A DNA stretch of 63,859 nucleotides, counting the filler, from Atractiella rhizophila (Eukaryota): the NCBI GenBank assembly GCA_021432655.1. It is 9 parts of 9 records of this genome, joined end to end, with 100 filler letters (N's around TTAATTAATTAA, not from the genome) between each part and the next. Parts side by side here need not be neighbours in the genome. Positions count along the whole stretch, not along the records: positions 41,358 to 49,475 come from MU272169.1; positions 49,576 to 57,682 come from MU272170.1; positions 57,783 to 61,350 come from MU272187.1; 6 more parts are not named here. The stretch is one strand, 5' to 3'. The position numbers and the translations under genes were made by a program. The first letter of the stretch is position 1. Each line of letters begins with the position of its first letter. This document shows, one piece after another, positions 45,863 to 61,450 of this stretch. Below the pieces are notes generated by a model. The model did not search any database and was not told the origin of the DNA. It saw nothing but the letters and a program-made list of their open reading frames with translations.

Positions 45863-46968
45863 TTAGGACATCGGGGGATAGTCTTCGTCTTCCTTCGGCA
45901 GCCTCCGCTGAACCACCACAAATAATATCAGCAGGACTGCAAACGCCTGATGGCAGAAAGGAAGGCGAACTTTGCCTAGCCCGACTCCGAGACTTGTTGT
46001 ATCCAGACCAACCGTGGCATTGACTGTGATACCAAGGAGGTTCACACTCTGTATAATCATTAGACGGAGGCGATGAGGGAACACAAGATACTTACCACGC
46101 TACTGTAGACCGTAATCACAGACATGGTGAGGAAAATATCGGTGCCAGTTCAAAGATGTCACTTACATGCTGCTGATAAAGACGTCAGCAAACGCACACG
46201 ATCGATGGAACAAGAGGACACTCACTCGCTGTCGGCGGAAAAATGGTCCAATTCAGCAATAACTCAGCACATGAGCGGGCAAACTCACCTGCTGTAAGAG
46301 CAACAGTGGTCAGCCCAGAAATCAACAAAAGAAAGTTTGTGGAAGAAGAACTTACTCTCTATTCAATAGAATCATGACAAGCGGGTCGCGGTGACCTTGA
46401 TAAGCAGGCTTTTGGCACTAGAAAGTATAAACTTACGCGCTGCGATGGAATGTCGCCGTCAGCACTATCCTACGTAACGGAGAGGGAGGGGAGGCTCACC
46501 AGCTGCGACGAAGAATAAGCATCGAGCACAGTCAATGTTCTGATTGCAATGATGAAACAATGCTTACCCGCTGATACAGACGTCAGCAAAGATGCAAAAA
46601 TAGAGAAACACACGTACCTTCTGCAATTCGCAATTCGAGGAATCACAAGCAGTGAGATTAGTTGATTATTTAGAGCGTTGCACTTACTCCCTATCGCGGA
46701 ATCAGACTTCAATTCTGTCAATCGAGGGACGGAGACCTACCAACTGGGGCCCACCAGAACAAGGACGCTCCGTCAGAGGTAAGAAATTATGGCATGAACA
46801 ACAGCGCACCATCGAGCCTTTATCCTCCTGTCGCCAATGTGTCAATGATTTACTCAGGTCGAAACACAAGTTAACTTACGCTGCTGGGCTAGATTCAGGG
46901 GAGGCAGCCAAGGCGAGCTGACTGGTCCACAGTCCCAAAGCGAGAGAGATGAGAGCAGCAGGGCGCAT
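45863..46968 (-). CDS. Micro-exon gene encoding a small secreted pro-peptide (~89 aa)
   Basis: Exons 46968-46880, 46827-46810, nine 3-nt exons between 46743 and 46226, 46172-46167, 46102-46096, then 46048 onward; all GT-AG; product MRPAALISLALGLWTSQLALAASPESSPAARIKARCWESGCADSDSISVSVNLLGITVNATVGLDTTSLGVGLGKRRLPKEDEDYPPMS*. Confidence 0.85.
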
Positions 46969-47956
46969 TGTGGATTTTTCGAAAGTGATGATGTACAAAA
47001 ACAAAGTGAAAGAGGCCGAAATGAAGGAGGGGAAGGGCCAGGAGCGAGCAGATCGAAAAGATAACGTCGAAGGCAGGCTGCGAGGGCGGGAAAAAGTGAG
47101 GGTGCCAGGCGGCGGGGATATTATACCACTTTTTGGACCGCTGTTCGCGAATTCGACCGCCTTGTAATTAGAAGTTTTGGCGCCGTCCGTTTACATGAAA
47201 TTGTTGCGTGCCGTTCCCCGTCCTTTCTTTGGAACGTTGAGAGCTTTCTTACTCGACAAAGGCAGAAGATGGAAGTATTCTCAGTGCTCGTTGCATTCAA
47301 GAAAGAGGATTATCCACCGTGAAGAACCACTTAGAAGATGTAACTTGAGCAGAGGCAGTGGTCAAAAAATCGTCAAGGTGATGGCAGGACAACAGTTGCT
47401 GAAGCGAGAATTTAGCGAACTCCGGACTTGGAATGGTGGAACGCCACAAGAAACTACGCCCGAAGTATTTCTGTCCTTACAACCGAGCAGGAAGGTCCTC
47501 CATTCAATCTCAGCCAATCACGCTGCCCGAGTTGATCGAAACCCGAAGAGGTTCGCAAACAGCAGCTTTGAGGTTCGTCTCTTGAGTGCTGAAAAGGAAT
47601 ACATGCTGTCTTCCCCGGCGTTCACTAAGCGAGCAGAAGTATTCGGAGGTGTGATGGACCATGTGCTAAAATCCGCAAATTTGGGACTATTCTGAACCAA
47701 TCGGGTTATTTGAAAATCATTCATTAACAAACCTTACTTTGCTTGTCCAAGGCACGTCATGTGATTCTAGGAAGCTCTGCACTTTTTGAGTGATCGCGGA
47801 GTTGGAGTTGATCGAGACTTTGGGATTGGGATCCAGTATCGAGAGAGCAGGAAAAGAGAGCTACGAACCGCAGTAAATGTTTCATTATCAGCATTTCTTC
47901 CATGCGTTAACCTGAGTTGACGAGCAGGATAAGGCACAAACATCTGTGAAATCATC

Positions 47957-48854
47957 ATGTCGCTTTTACGTCCATTTGTCGCTACGGACCTCTTCAAGTT
48001 CAACAACGTCAGCACCTCTTTTCTCACCCCCTTCTGCTCACATCACGCTCATCGAATTTCCGGTGCAGATCAACCTGGACTCATGGACAGAGACTGTGGG
48101 TCTTCCCATCCAGCCCTGCTGACAAAAATCGAAGTGTTCCCAATATCATCGTGCATACAGTTCAGCACGTTTTACTACATGAACTACCTTTGTAGCTGGC
48201 CAGACCTTTTCAGCGTCCAAGAATCGCCAGATGGAACCTTGATGGGCTACGGTCCGTCCCCTTCCTTGTTGTCCTCTCCCACGAATGCTTAGGATCGATC
48301 TAGTGATGGGGAAAACCGAAGGTGTACAAACAGACTGGCAGTACGTCCACCCCTTTCTTTCTGCCACATCTCCTTCCCTCACCAAAGAAGACTGAGCTCA
48401 CGCTGGCGAGTTAGTGCTCACGTGTCTGCGATCACGGTAGCGCCATCATATCGACGCCTGGGACTCGCCTCCAAAATGATGGGCCTCTTGGAGCGCGTTG
48501 GGAACAACCAACAAGTAGGTTCCTCTTCATTTGTACATCGATCGAAAGATGCACTTTGATTTTTTATAGGCCTGGTTCGTTGATCTATTCGTCCGACCAT
48601 CAAACGAGACCGCTGTGGACATGTATGAGAGCATCGGATATTCGGTTTATCGGAAGGTGAGAGGTTATTATGGAGGTGGAGTGAAGGAAGGAGAGGAGGA
48701 CGCTTATGGTGTGTACCCACTCTCTTTAAATTCAGTCATTTCATTCTGCCGGAACCCAGATATGCGAAAAGCCTTACTTAAAGATGTCCACCGAATATCA
48801 GTGAGAGAAAACGGGAGGTCATACAGCGTCGATCCGAATGAAATATATTGGTAG
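47957..48854 (+). CDS. NAT3: NatB N-terminal acetyltransferase catalytic subunit (Naa20)
   Basis: MSLLRPFVATDLFKFNN-INLDSWTET, GKTEG, HVSAITVAPSYRRLGLA, FVDLFVRPSN, EEDAY-DMRKAL. Confidence 0.95.
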
Positions 48855-48954
48855 TTTATGCAAAGAAGGCAAAAAAGTGTGTTATGTTTTACACTTGATC
48901 TCTATAGCAGAACTACATTGGTTGCATTTCGGTACAGGAGCAAGTTATATGATT

Positions 48955-49475
<521 letters not shown>

Positions 49476-51399
49476 NNNNNNNNNNNNNNNNNNNNNNNNN
49501 NNNNNNNNNNNNNNNNNNNTTAATTAATTAANNNNNNNNNNNNNNNNNNNNNNNNNNNNNNNNNNNNNNNNNNNNGAAGGAGAATGCCATAAGGAACTGG
49601 CAAAACCGTGACACCCTTTCTAACGCCAGCCCTTGATTCATGGTGCACGGAACCCATTGACGCCATGTACCGCTGTCTCTTCCATGTCGAGTAGCTTTTT
49701 ACAGCATAGGAGCGGCTGGGGATGTTCGCTTTGTTGCCTTCGTCTAGGGCAAGCAGTCTTCCCTTTAAGATTGAATCCGCTGATGGAACGGTGGATCAAG
49801 GTCCTGGCCTGATTGCGGCGCAACATTTGGGCCTGGCGCTGACTTGCGATCCTAAATATGGTTGGGAAAGTTGGAATAGTTGGCGGGTATGAAAAGCCGC
49901 CTAGCTGCCGAGATAATTGTGCTTTCTACAAACTGATATCCTTCCTGAGGTTTTTTAATGCATGTGCTTTGCAGACTTTCGACGATATTCTTTGATCATT
50001 CTCTTGATCGCCCGAGAAGAGGATCCGTTTGGCTTGTTCGTTCTTCTCAGTTAGAAGCGATGGACATCAGTATCATCAGTATAATTAAGCTCGATATATT
50101 GAAGCAATCAAGGCCAGGAACGGACTGTGGTCAGGCTTCCCACATTCACGGGTGTACCCGTGCTACCCACGGGCGAACCCGAAAAAGGTGTTCTAGGTTA
50201 TTTCTCAAATAAATCGACATTGACTGATACACTCTCGAGCGCGCATAGTTCATTCGTATTACTTGGCAACTTTTCTAGAGATGAAGGTTCTTGTAGATCA
50301 ACCGAAGGTTGTCGCTGCCTATGAATCCAATCCAATCTGGGAAAACAGCGTTGACAACGCATCGAGTTCTTCGTCCCATCCCCTTCGTCTGCTGCCCGTT
50401 TCCGTTACTCCATGAGTTTGACTTAGCCACCGATGCCGCAAATCACCAGTTATTTGTGGCGCATCTGTCACACATTGTACGCTTGCCACGTCGATGTTCT
50501 TAGGAAGAGAGATTCAAAACGAGTCACCCTGTGGACTTTTGTTCTTGTTGTTGTTGCCATTTTTTCTTTCTGCACCCAGTACTGGACACCCTTCTGTCAG
50601 TCACCTTTCGATCCAAACTATTTGAGCTAACTTTGAGAAGCTGTGGATAGAACCTCAATCAGGTTACCTGGTCTGTCTTCTCTCTATTTTGAGCGGCAAA
50701 CCAGACTTGAGGGTGAACACTGCGTCCCTTCTGCAACTCTCAGTGCATTTCCTGTTTTCGAAGGAGCAGGGAAATGACGTGAACGTAGGTACTTCCCTGG
50801 ATCTTGATGGGTCGACAGTGGCAGATTGTATTCTTGGTCATGCTGCACAAGCAGGTCAGACGATCTCACTCAATCTCTTCTGCACTGACACATCCATGAC
50901 AGGAAGCAGCGTCCGACGTGACTGCCTCCCGTCTCACTATGTATCGATGGGATAAACTAACGATGGTCGACCCGGCCGATTCACTTCGCCAGGCAGACTA
51001 ATGTTCCCATGTGCTTCCTTCAAATTGGTCTACTTCCTCTCCTCCCAAGATATGGCGTGTCGCATCGCTGGTACGTCTGCTCCCCTATTGACGTCACTTT
51101 TGACATTCGGATTGTAGCTGTCATTCTTCTCCCACAAGCATCTGTAAACAGGTAATGCAGGCTTTTTGCCACTGGCTCAGCATCAGTGACAACAACAGCG
51201 CGCTTTCCTTCACCCTTGCCCGCATTCAGAGAACTCAACGGTGCAACTCATCGCCCAACAAAATGACAGACAATATTCCAGATGGTGAAGCTGTTCCCGA
51301 CATCTCGGATGCTGAGTTTTCCTGTCAGGTTGTGTGGATATCATCAATCATCAACATTTCCATCCTGACTGAAATCACAGGAGGCTAAGCTATAGTTAT

Positions 51400-52927
51400 T
51401 CTTGGCCGCACTAAATGTAGCCCCTATCTTGACCGAATTACATCGGATGGTGATTAAGATGGACCGAAACGACCCCGCTTCCAGCAAGAGGATCCGTTTG
51501 CAGAACTGAGCCCGCAACAGCTGGTACATGCAAAGAGAGCTCTGAGTCAGATCAGAGGGGAACAAGTACAGTAGGTTAAACTTGGAAGTCACTCGAAAGG
51601 ATATGGCGTACCTCCTTTTTACTTTCCCACCACTGCAGGTATTGACCATCTGCGATGTAGGTTTTCTTTGGCAAGACCCGATTGAACCTCTCCCTCAGGA
51701 TCCCTTGGCATTCTGCGGAGGTATTTGGAGAAAGTATGATTTCATTGAGGCTCTTGGAATGTCCGCAGCTCTCTTTCTCGCTATGTCGTCTCATATTTAC
51801 TTATCGTGACAGGGATTCTTTTGGGAAGGTATGTCGCGTGATCGAGCGTGGGACGAGCAATGTGCGAGCCGTGAAGCACATCAAGAAGTCGAGACTGAAG
51901 TCTGAAACGACCACACCAATATGGGGCATGGAAAGGGTTAGAGGTTCTGAACCGCTACTATACAAAGGTTTGCAGGGAGTCTTCTGTGTATAAATTGGCA
52001 ATTGGTATGGTTTTGATCTTTCACTTTTGTTACTACATTGACTTTGGAAGAAAGTGCTTCATCCTTTCCATAAACTTGAGTATTTCCGTGCACGGGAATG
52101 GTTGGACATCTGGGTGGAGGATGTGGAGACGACACTTCGTGATGAGTTTGAGGCATTTGCTCCTAGAGTTATGGAGACACTCTCTGTTACCACTCTCATG
52201 CCACCCAAAGATGTAGAGGACTCGGACGAGGAAAACATTTGTGGCCTCTGGTTTATACCTTATTCTTCTCTGCTTAAATTCTCATAGGATTTGGGTTACC
52301 GGAAGAAACATAAACGGAAGGTGGCATCAATCAAGGATCAAGTCCAACTGTATCTGGATGAGAGCCTTGAAGACGAAGTTGAAGGACAAGTTTTTGATTT
52401 GTTAGGATGGTGGGAGAAGAAAGCAAGGGGGTCCTCATACCTGATCTTGCCCGCCTCACATTGGCGGTACATTCCTGTCCCAGTATGCACTGGTCACAGT
52501 TGATGGGCTTGACTGAAACAAGGAGTAGCCACAAGTACAGATTGCGAGCGCTCCTTTAGCGGCAGTCGACTCTCCATCCCTTATCTGCGCCACAACCTCT
52601 CTGAAGACAAATTCAGGGCTGGAATTGCACTTGGGTCGTGGTATAATGCTCGACTGCTAATGGAGCACACTTCAACACTACTCTCCATTCTTAAGAGCGG
52701 TACAAAAGAATCTAGGAAGGCTGGGTAATTCATATACAGTGTCATGAATCGTACTCTGATGTTATTACTCATGATTTATCATGAAATTCACAACTCATTC
52801 ATCTGTTTTCATGATTGAATCATGATTTGATCGTATGAACATGATATGAACACGAGTTCGGAAATGTAGCCAAATTATCATGTGAATTGTTCACGAGTTT
52901 GTCATGATACGCTCATATCAGTCCCTA
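51400..52927 (+). mobile_element. Decayed hAT transposon: transposase C-terminal region and 3' end
   Basis: LHPFHKLEYFRAREW, LLGWW, YPDLARL, ATSTDCERSFSGS, LRHNLSEDKFRAGIALGSW (dimerisation domain); TCAYGA-rich subterminal region ending CAGTCCCTA; 5' boundary approximate. Confidence 0.8.
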
Positions 52928-55900
52928 ATACAGTGATGATTGGTCTGAGGAGTGGCAAGATCTCCATGCCATGCAGCCGCTGGAGGCTGTCCAAGCAGCG
53001 CGGCCCCTGGAAATGGACCAGGGCCTTACCCCAGGCTCAAGGGGCGAGTGCAGGGACTTGATTGTTAAAACTTAGACACACTCAACAATACAAAGTAGAA
53101 GCTTATATAGTTACAATGTCGAGAGCCCATCCAGTGCGACAGAAGCTGCAAGAGCGGAAAGGGGAGAGAAGGGTTGAAGGCTTCCCTCAATTCTCGTAAG
53201 GCGTCAAGCGAGCGCGTTAATCGCAGGTAACTTAGGTGACGCCCTGAAACATTGGGAATCTTCCCATCGCTATCGGATTGGATTAGCTCAGGTCGTCGGA
53301 CGGTCGTAAAAGCGAGACTGCGATGTTGCCTGATAAACCTTTTCCTCTGCGGCATGTTGCCCGCACCAATGCAAAGCTCTCCTTCCCCCAGTTTGTTCCC
53401 CCACACTTGGTTCATTCGCTCCAATATATTGAGCTTAATTATATTATAATATTAATGTGCGTCGCGTCTGGACGAGAAGAGCGAACGACCCGAGCGGACA
53501 TCCTGTCGACAACGATTGGATTGTTGGCGGATTGTTGGCTTCATTCTTCTTATTTATACACTCAGGAAAACTTGGCGAACGGATTGAACGCGTGCGATTC
53601 GTTCAAGCGGTTCGTCTTGTTTTCACCTGGAAACATAAAAAGGCAATTGTCAAAGATTTCCACATCGTCTTCTCCATTCTCTTTTACAAGTATTTCGACA
53701 AATCGACGACACCCTACCTCTATACACAGGTTCAGAGGGATAACGTAACACTCGGAAATGTCACCTGCAAGGCGAAGAAGACCCAGACCGAGGTAGGTCT
53801 GTTGTCCTCAATACAACAACGAAGCTGAACCGTGTTATTGACAGCTGCGTGGTATGAATCTGATCTGATTGGCAAATTTGAAAGGGTGACCAATAAATTT
53901 CCAGCCATACACCAAAGAAAAGAGTCGGTGTGATAAGGTGAGTACTTGGCTTTAGCAGCCGGGATAAAGACTGATCGATTTGTAGAAAATACCGCGCCAT
54001 AATTACTCAAAGTGAGTGAGGCGACTGCAATGAATTTTGTGTCTAAGTCGACACTGCAGGTGGGGGGGCGATGAGGAGTCCCATCCAGGACCACGACATG
54101 CTGTATGTGTTCTTGACGGTGTTGTGGGCTTCGGCTCATTCCACATACGTTAGAAGTCCGCTCAACAGAGCCACGGTCTAGTCGGTGATGACTTAGCACG
54201 ACAACGTAGGTGAACCGCTCTTTCATATAGCTCAATCTGATTGTCTGCTTAGTGGTCGTTTTGGAGCAGAAGGTTCAACGTTTGCAAGAGGAACAAGCAA
54301 GACTCACTCGTCTGATCGCGGTCGCACACAAGACACCCAAAATGGCGAGCGCAATACCCGTCGTCCAAGGTGGAGGGATCCCAGTTCACCTGGTCACTAG
54401 CCCATACCGCCTAGTTCCCTCCGCCGGTGGCGTCAGGGCTCGTCATCCACAAGCTCAGGCAGGTAGTTCAGGCTTCCTTCCCTGTCAGACCGTCCCAAGG
54501 TGTTGGGTATCAGATACTGTACGTTTACTTCCGCCGCGCCGTTTGCTTAGCTTTATGACCTGCTACACAGTCACAGTATTCTCGCCAGTAGATCCACTGC
54601 ACTGGAGCTGGCCTGGATTCAAAATGTCGACAATGCTTGCGTGAAATCAGATGAAATGGATTTAAATTGGGCACAGTCGGAAGACTAATTTTAGGGATGT
54701 TCTAAGACCTTGATTTCTGAGAGACGAAATAACAAAAGACGAGGAGGATTTAGGGTTATGGCATACAAAAAGGCCCTATTTCGCAAGAGTTTGAATAGCA
54801 ATCACCCAGTCTGCAAACACCACACTATCAGGCTGAAGATCCAAAAGCAGCGCCCATTCTCGCTCTAGCGTTAAAAGAGCCCGTTCTCGGGGCACCGTAA
54901 ATCACGTGATTCTGCATGCAACGTAAGCCCGGATGCACAACAAAGATTGCCACTGGGTAGCTATCATGTCACTCGATGTCACAGAGCTTGCTGAACAAGT
55001 TTCATACCAGAAAAGCAAAGGAACTAGGAATAATTGCACACTCGCTTCGTTTATTTTCTTGAGGTTAGTATCCTTCCTTCATTTTTCTCCCGCTGACAGA
55101 ACTGCTCAACAAATTCACTATCAAAATATAAGGGAAGGGATGATGTCTGATATGACTGAGCCAATGTTTGATCGTCCTAATGTCCCGTTCCTCATGCTCA
55201 TCCGTTTGGACTCAAAGAGACTCAGGACTCAGCTATAATAGACGATCCACGATGTCACATGTATTGACCTGAGCTGGCCTCTCTCAGTAAGATACACACC
55301 CTATCGAACGTGTTGGGTACCTGTGATGTTCCATCTCAGGCATAAATATTTGTCATACACAGCTGAGTGTATATACCGACACAAATTATATCACAATCCC
55401 CTTCCTGTTGTTATCCCATGTCTCCCCGTGCAAATATATGCACTTCCTCAAGCGATGACGGTGATTGAGATGGCTTCGAAAGCAGAATGAGGTAGGCTTC
55501 GGAGCAGTTTAAGCAGGTCAGTTCTCTTTCTATCGAGAACCATTTTGTGCTATGTTTCTAAGCTGATTTCGTTTCGAATGAAAGCCCGCTAGTGACCCTT
55601 GCCTCCTCAATGCTGCACCGCCAAAAAAAATTGCCTTTTTACTCCAGCTCATTCACAAGAAGGACCGTTTGATCTCAAAGTGTGCAAATAACAGTTTGTT
55701 CCATCGGGAAAATAAAAAATGGCCGTTTGATCCACTGGTCCCTATGCATATCTACAAGCAATGACCGTTTGATCCACTACTATCCCATCAGGCTGAGGGG
55801 ATCACCGTTTGATCTATCCTATTAATCTTCCTTCTTTAACATTATCCTTACCCATAAAACAGTGGACAGATTGTGGAGGCAGAACCAGCTTGCACGTCGA

Positions 55901-57782
55901 TGAAGAGTCGACGATGGAAACTCCCGAAGCAAATTTGTATGGAAGGATTGTTTGGCCTGGGATTTCCTCATGCAAGGTTGGAATGCCGGGATTGCGTGCG
56001 ACCTTGCTGCAGTAACAACCTTCAACAGAAAACAGTCCAATGACCTGATCCCGCTCTTGCTTCCTTATTTCGGGATCACGCGGACGTTTGTCACATCTCT
56101 ATAAATCAGGTGAGTAAGAACGAGAGTAATGACAAGAATTTAGCCGGCTGCTGACACCGGCTCCTATCGGAAGGAGCATTCCGATTTGATCCGATTCGAC
56201 GAACCCCATGGCAACCCCGATGGCAAATTCCGACCAACTCGTGTTTTGAGGGTTAGGGTCACCAGGCTGTCACCAGGTCGATAAACTGTCAATCAACAGA
56301 AACGACGACTCTGTTTTGATCATCTGCGATTGTGAATTTCTGGTTCTCAGGACTCACCGTAGCGTGCGAAAGAGAGTCTATAAAGATCGAGCGCTTTATT
56401 ATGGACGACAAAGACACCAATCTGCTCCTGATCTAATGGGGTGACTAGCACATTCATGACACCGACATGGAGGTGGAGATGCAGTTGGAAATAGTTGGCA
56501 TTGTGAGGGACGTTACGCGGCAATCCAAAGGACAGACACAAGTGATTTCATTCCATCATGATCAAGCGTGCAAGATGGACTGATCTGCGCCGTGCTACCA
56601 GTTCGACACGCGACAGGGAGCTAAAATTAAGGAAATGATCCAAGCGAAATATAAGGAGAGCCACCCGGGGCACTGGCACCTCGTTTTCAACGTAACAGGC
56701 CAGGCGTTCTCTATCGGGGATAACAGTGGGTGTTCAATCGTAGCAAAGTCGTTTATGGTTCCTCATCAGCAGCTAGCGTATAGAACCAGGGACGCGATTT
56801 TCATTTCATTTCGGTTCAACGGACATTGTAAGGGATCCCTTGCGGCTGTCCTTGTTCTGATCTGATAATGCCTGGTTGCCGCCTTGTACAAGTTGGTGTA
56901 CCAGTCTCCTGGGGAATAACTTGTTCGCCCACGTCACCGTCGCTTGGGAAGCCTGTATCCAGCAACATTTGTAACCGTGTCCCAACAGCATACGAAATGT
57001 CAAATCAGAGGCTGTAATAAGATAAACCTAATAGCAGTGATGCGGATGATGAGGTCAAAGCCTTGCGCAACAGGTAAGACATAAATTCGTGATTGCCGAA
57101 CGAAACTTAAGCCTGAGCCTCGTCAACATCTTGTCTGTATGTGGTGACCTAAGATTCACTCCGTCGAGCTCTTCCTGACTAGGAACAGCGTTGATGCGTT
57201 CTACCCCCTCTCCATCGAACTCCTGTCTCCATCAGCAGCCTTGGTAAACAGGCGAGATAGCTTCATCAAAAAGAAAATGTAACATTTGTGAAAGTTCCTC
57301 CTCCGCGGCCTATGTCCCGTCATCGGGAAGGGCTGCTCCAGAACGTGTTAGTAAGGGATGATGGTGGAGACAAGCTCCGTTTGGCTGCCTGAGGTTTGTG
57401 TTCAGCCAAGTATTTTCTTGGAGTTTGCCACGACATGAGCAGTGATGGCCATAATACTTGGACTTTGAATTTGACAAGATACGGATCTTAAGCACTGCAA
57501 AGCCTCAAAAGTGATTAGAATACATTTCATTGGTACTTAAGAGAAATAACTGACAAATGTATTAGCGCTGTGAAGTGCGAGATAACAATGAGTATATCTT
57601 GCATCCTTACCTCTAAAAGCCATCCGTTCTTGGGGTGAGCTTAATTCCCAGGCCTCATTTGGTTGGAAGGCCCACTTTATCANNNNNNNNNNNNNNNNNN
57701 NNNNNNNNNNNNNNNNNNNNNNNNNNTTAATTAATTAANNNNNNNNNNNNNNNNNNNNNNNNNNNNNNNNNNNNNNNNNNNN

Positions 57783-58353
57783 CCATCTTAACAATGAGTT
57801 GTAGCATTGGTACGGTGCAAATTTGAATGACTTCAAGGCGCACGTCCAGAACGCGCACAAACAGTTCCCGGTACGATGCTCATCATTTCTCAGCAATCTA
57901 AAGCATACGCCTTACAAATCCCTTTGTAGAGCTACAAAATCGCTATCACCGAATTTGCCCTAAACAAACCCGCTGGTGGTCAACAGGCTCAGTGGGTGTC
58001 ATGTCTGTCAGAACATAACCACCTGAAGTCGCTGTGACAGGATCAATTTCTACACGAAGGCATTTGCATGGCTCGATAGTCAGGCTTATGTTGAAATGTA
58101 AGTCGTCTAGCAATTTCCCAAAGCGGAACAAAGGGTGACCAGGACGATCAGGTACTTTCCGTTCATTGCCACCACTCCGAACCTGTTGAAGGCCAACGAT
58201 GCCAACGCCGCCAACAGCGTCGTCGGCACAGGGTCATGCCTATACAACAACGATGGTACGGTTTTATCCGCTCTTTTCATTTTTCTAAGAGGTGAAATTG
58301 ATCGCGTTCCAGGTACCCTCTCCAAGGTTGGACAGCTCTTTACAAAAGCCTGA
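57783..58353 (+). CDS. Glycoside hydrolase family 128 (beta-1,3-glucanase-like), 3' part
   Basis: HWYGANLNDFKAHV, YKIAITEFA, AFAWLDSQAYVE-YFPF, LYNNDG-TLSKVGQLF. Confidence 0.8.
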
Positions 58354-58884
58354 AGTCCGTAATGTATCATTTCGAACTTGGATATTACATTACGATCTCA
58401 GAGTCGTGTAATAAAACTGCCTCTCATGTCCAAAGCAGTCATCAAAACATCTCTCGGGCACAGATTAATACGAACGAGCAAACCTATCAAAACGCCAGCT
58501 CGGTTCGAGGCCGTGCAGTTCTTGTCAGGCAATGTGCTCTCCTGTCTTTTCAGGCTTTCTAATCAATTCCGTCTCTCGTGAAGACTGTGTTCGCAAGTGA
58601 TGGCACAGCAATGAGCTCAAACTTGAGCGCAGCGCAAGGAGCATTCAAGCGTGCTGAATTACTTGCTGTTGGTTGGCGGGTTCTGTACACTCTTATCCCA
58701 AGAAAGTTTGTAGACCAGCAGCTCAACAACTATAGATCAATGTCGTGTCAGCCCCCTTCTTGAGAGATGAACGTCTCTGCAATGTAATGGAAGGAAAATA
58801 TATTTGTCTATAGTCTCTGATTCAAGATAAGTTGACTCAAGTCGACGCACTGATGTTCTGTTTGAGTTGTGTTGCGAGAAATCT

Positions 58885-61350
<2,466 letters not shown>

Positions 61351-61450
61351 NNNNNNNNNNNNNNNNNNNNNNNNNNNNNNNNNNNNNNNNNNNNTTAATT
61401 AATTAANNNNNNNNNNNNNNNNNNNNNNNNNNNNNNNNNNNNNNNNNNNN

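Noticed and set aside
46090..46880. Periodic CTTAC/CTCAC...CTG motifs as a CRISPR-like or tandem array
   Set aside because: The recurring words are reverse-complement splice donors, acceptors and branch sites; there is no 20-40 nt direct repeat and the context is eukaryotic
47177..47695. 172-aa plus-strand ORF between the micro-exon gene and NAT3
   Set aside because: No recognisable motif or splice structure; cannot be supported as a gene
52930..57682. Many short ORFs and scattered splice-like signals (also at 49576-51400, 33116-35000, 18000-19300, 8313-8950)
   Set aside because: No coherent frame or family could be assembled by eye; likely decayed repeats or pseudogenes
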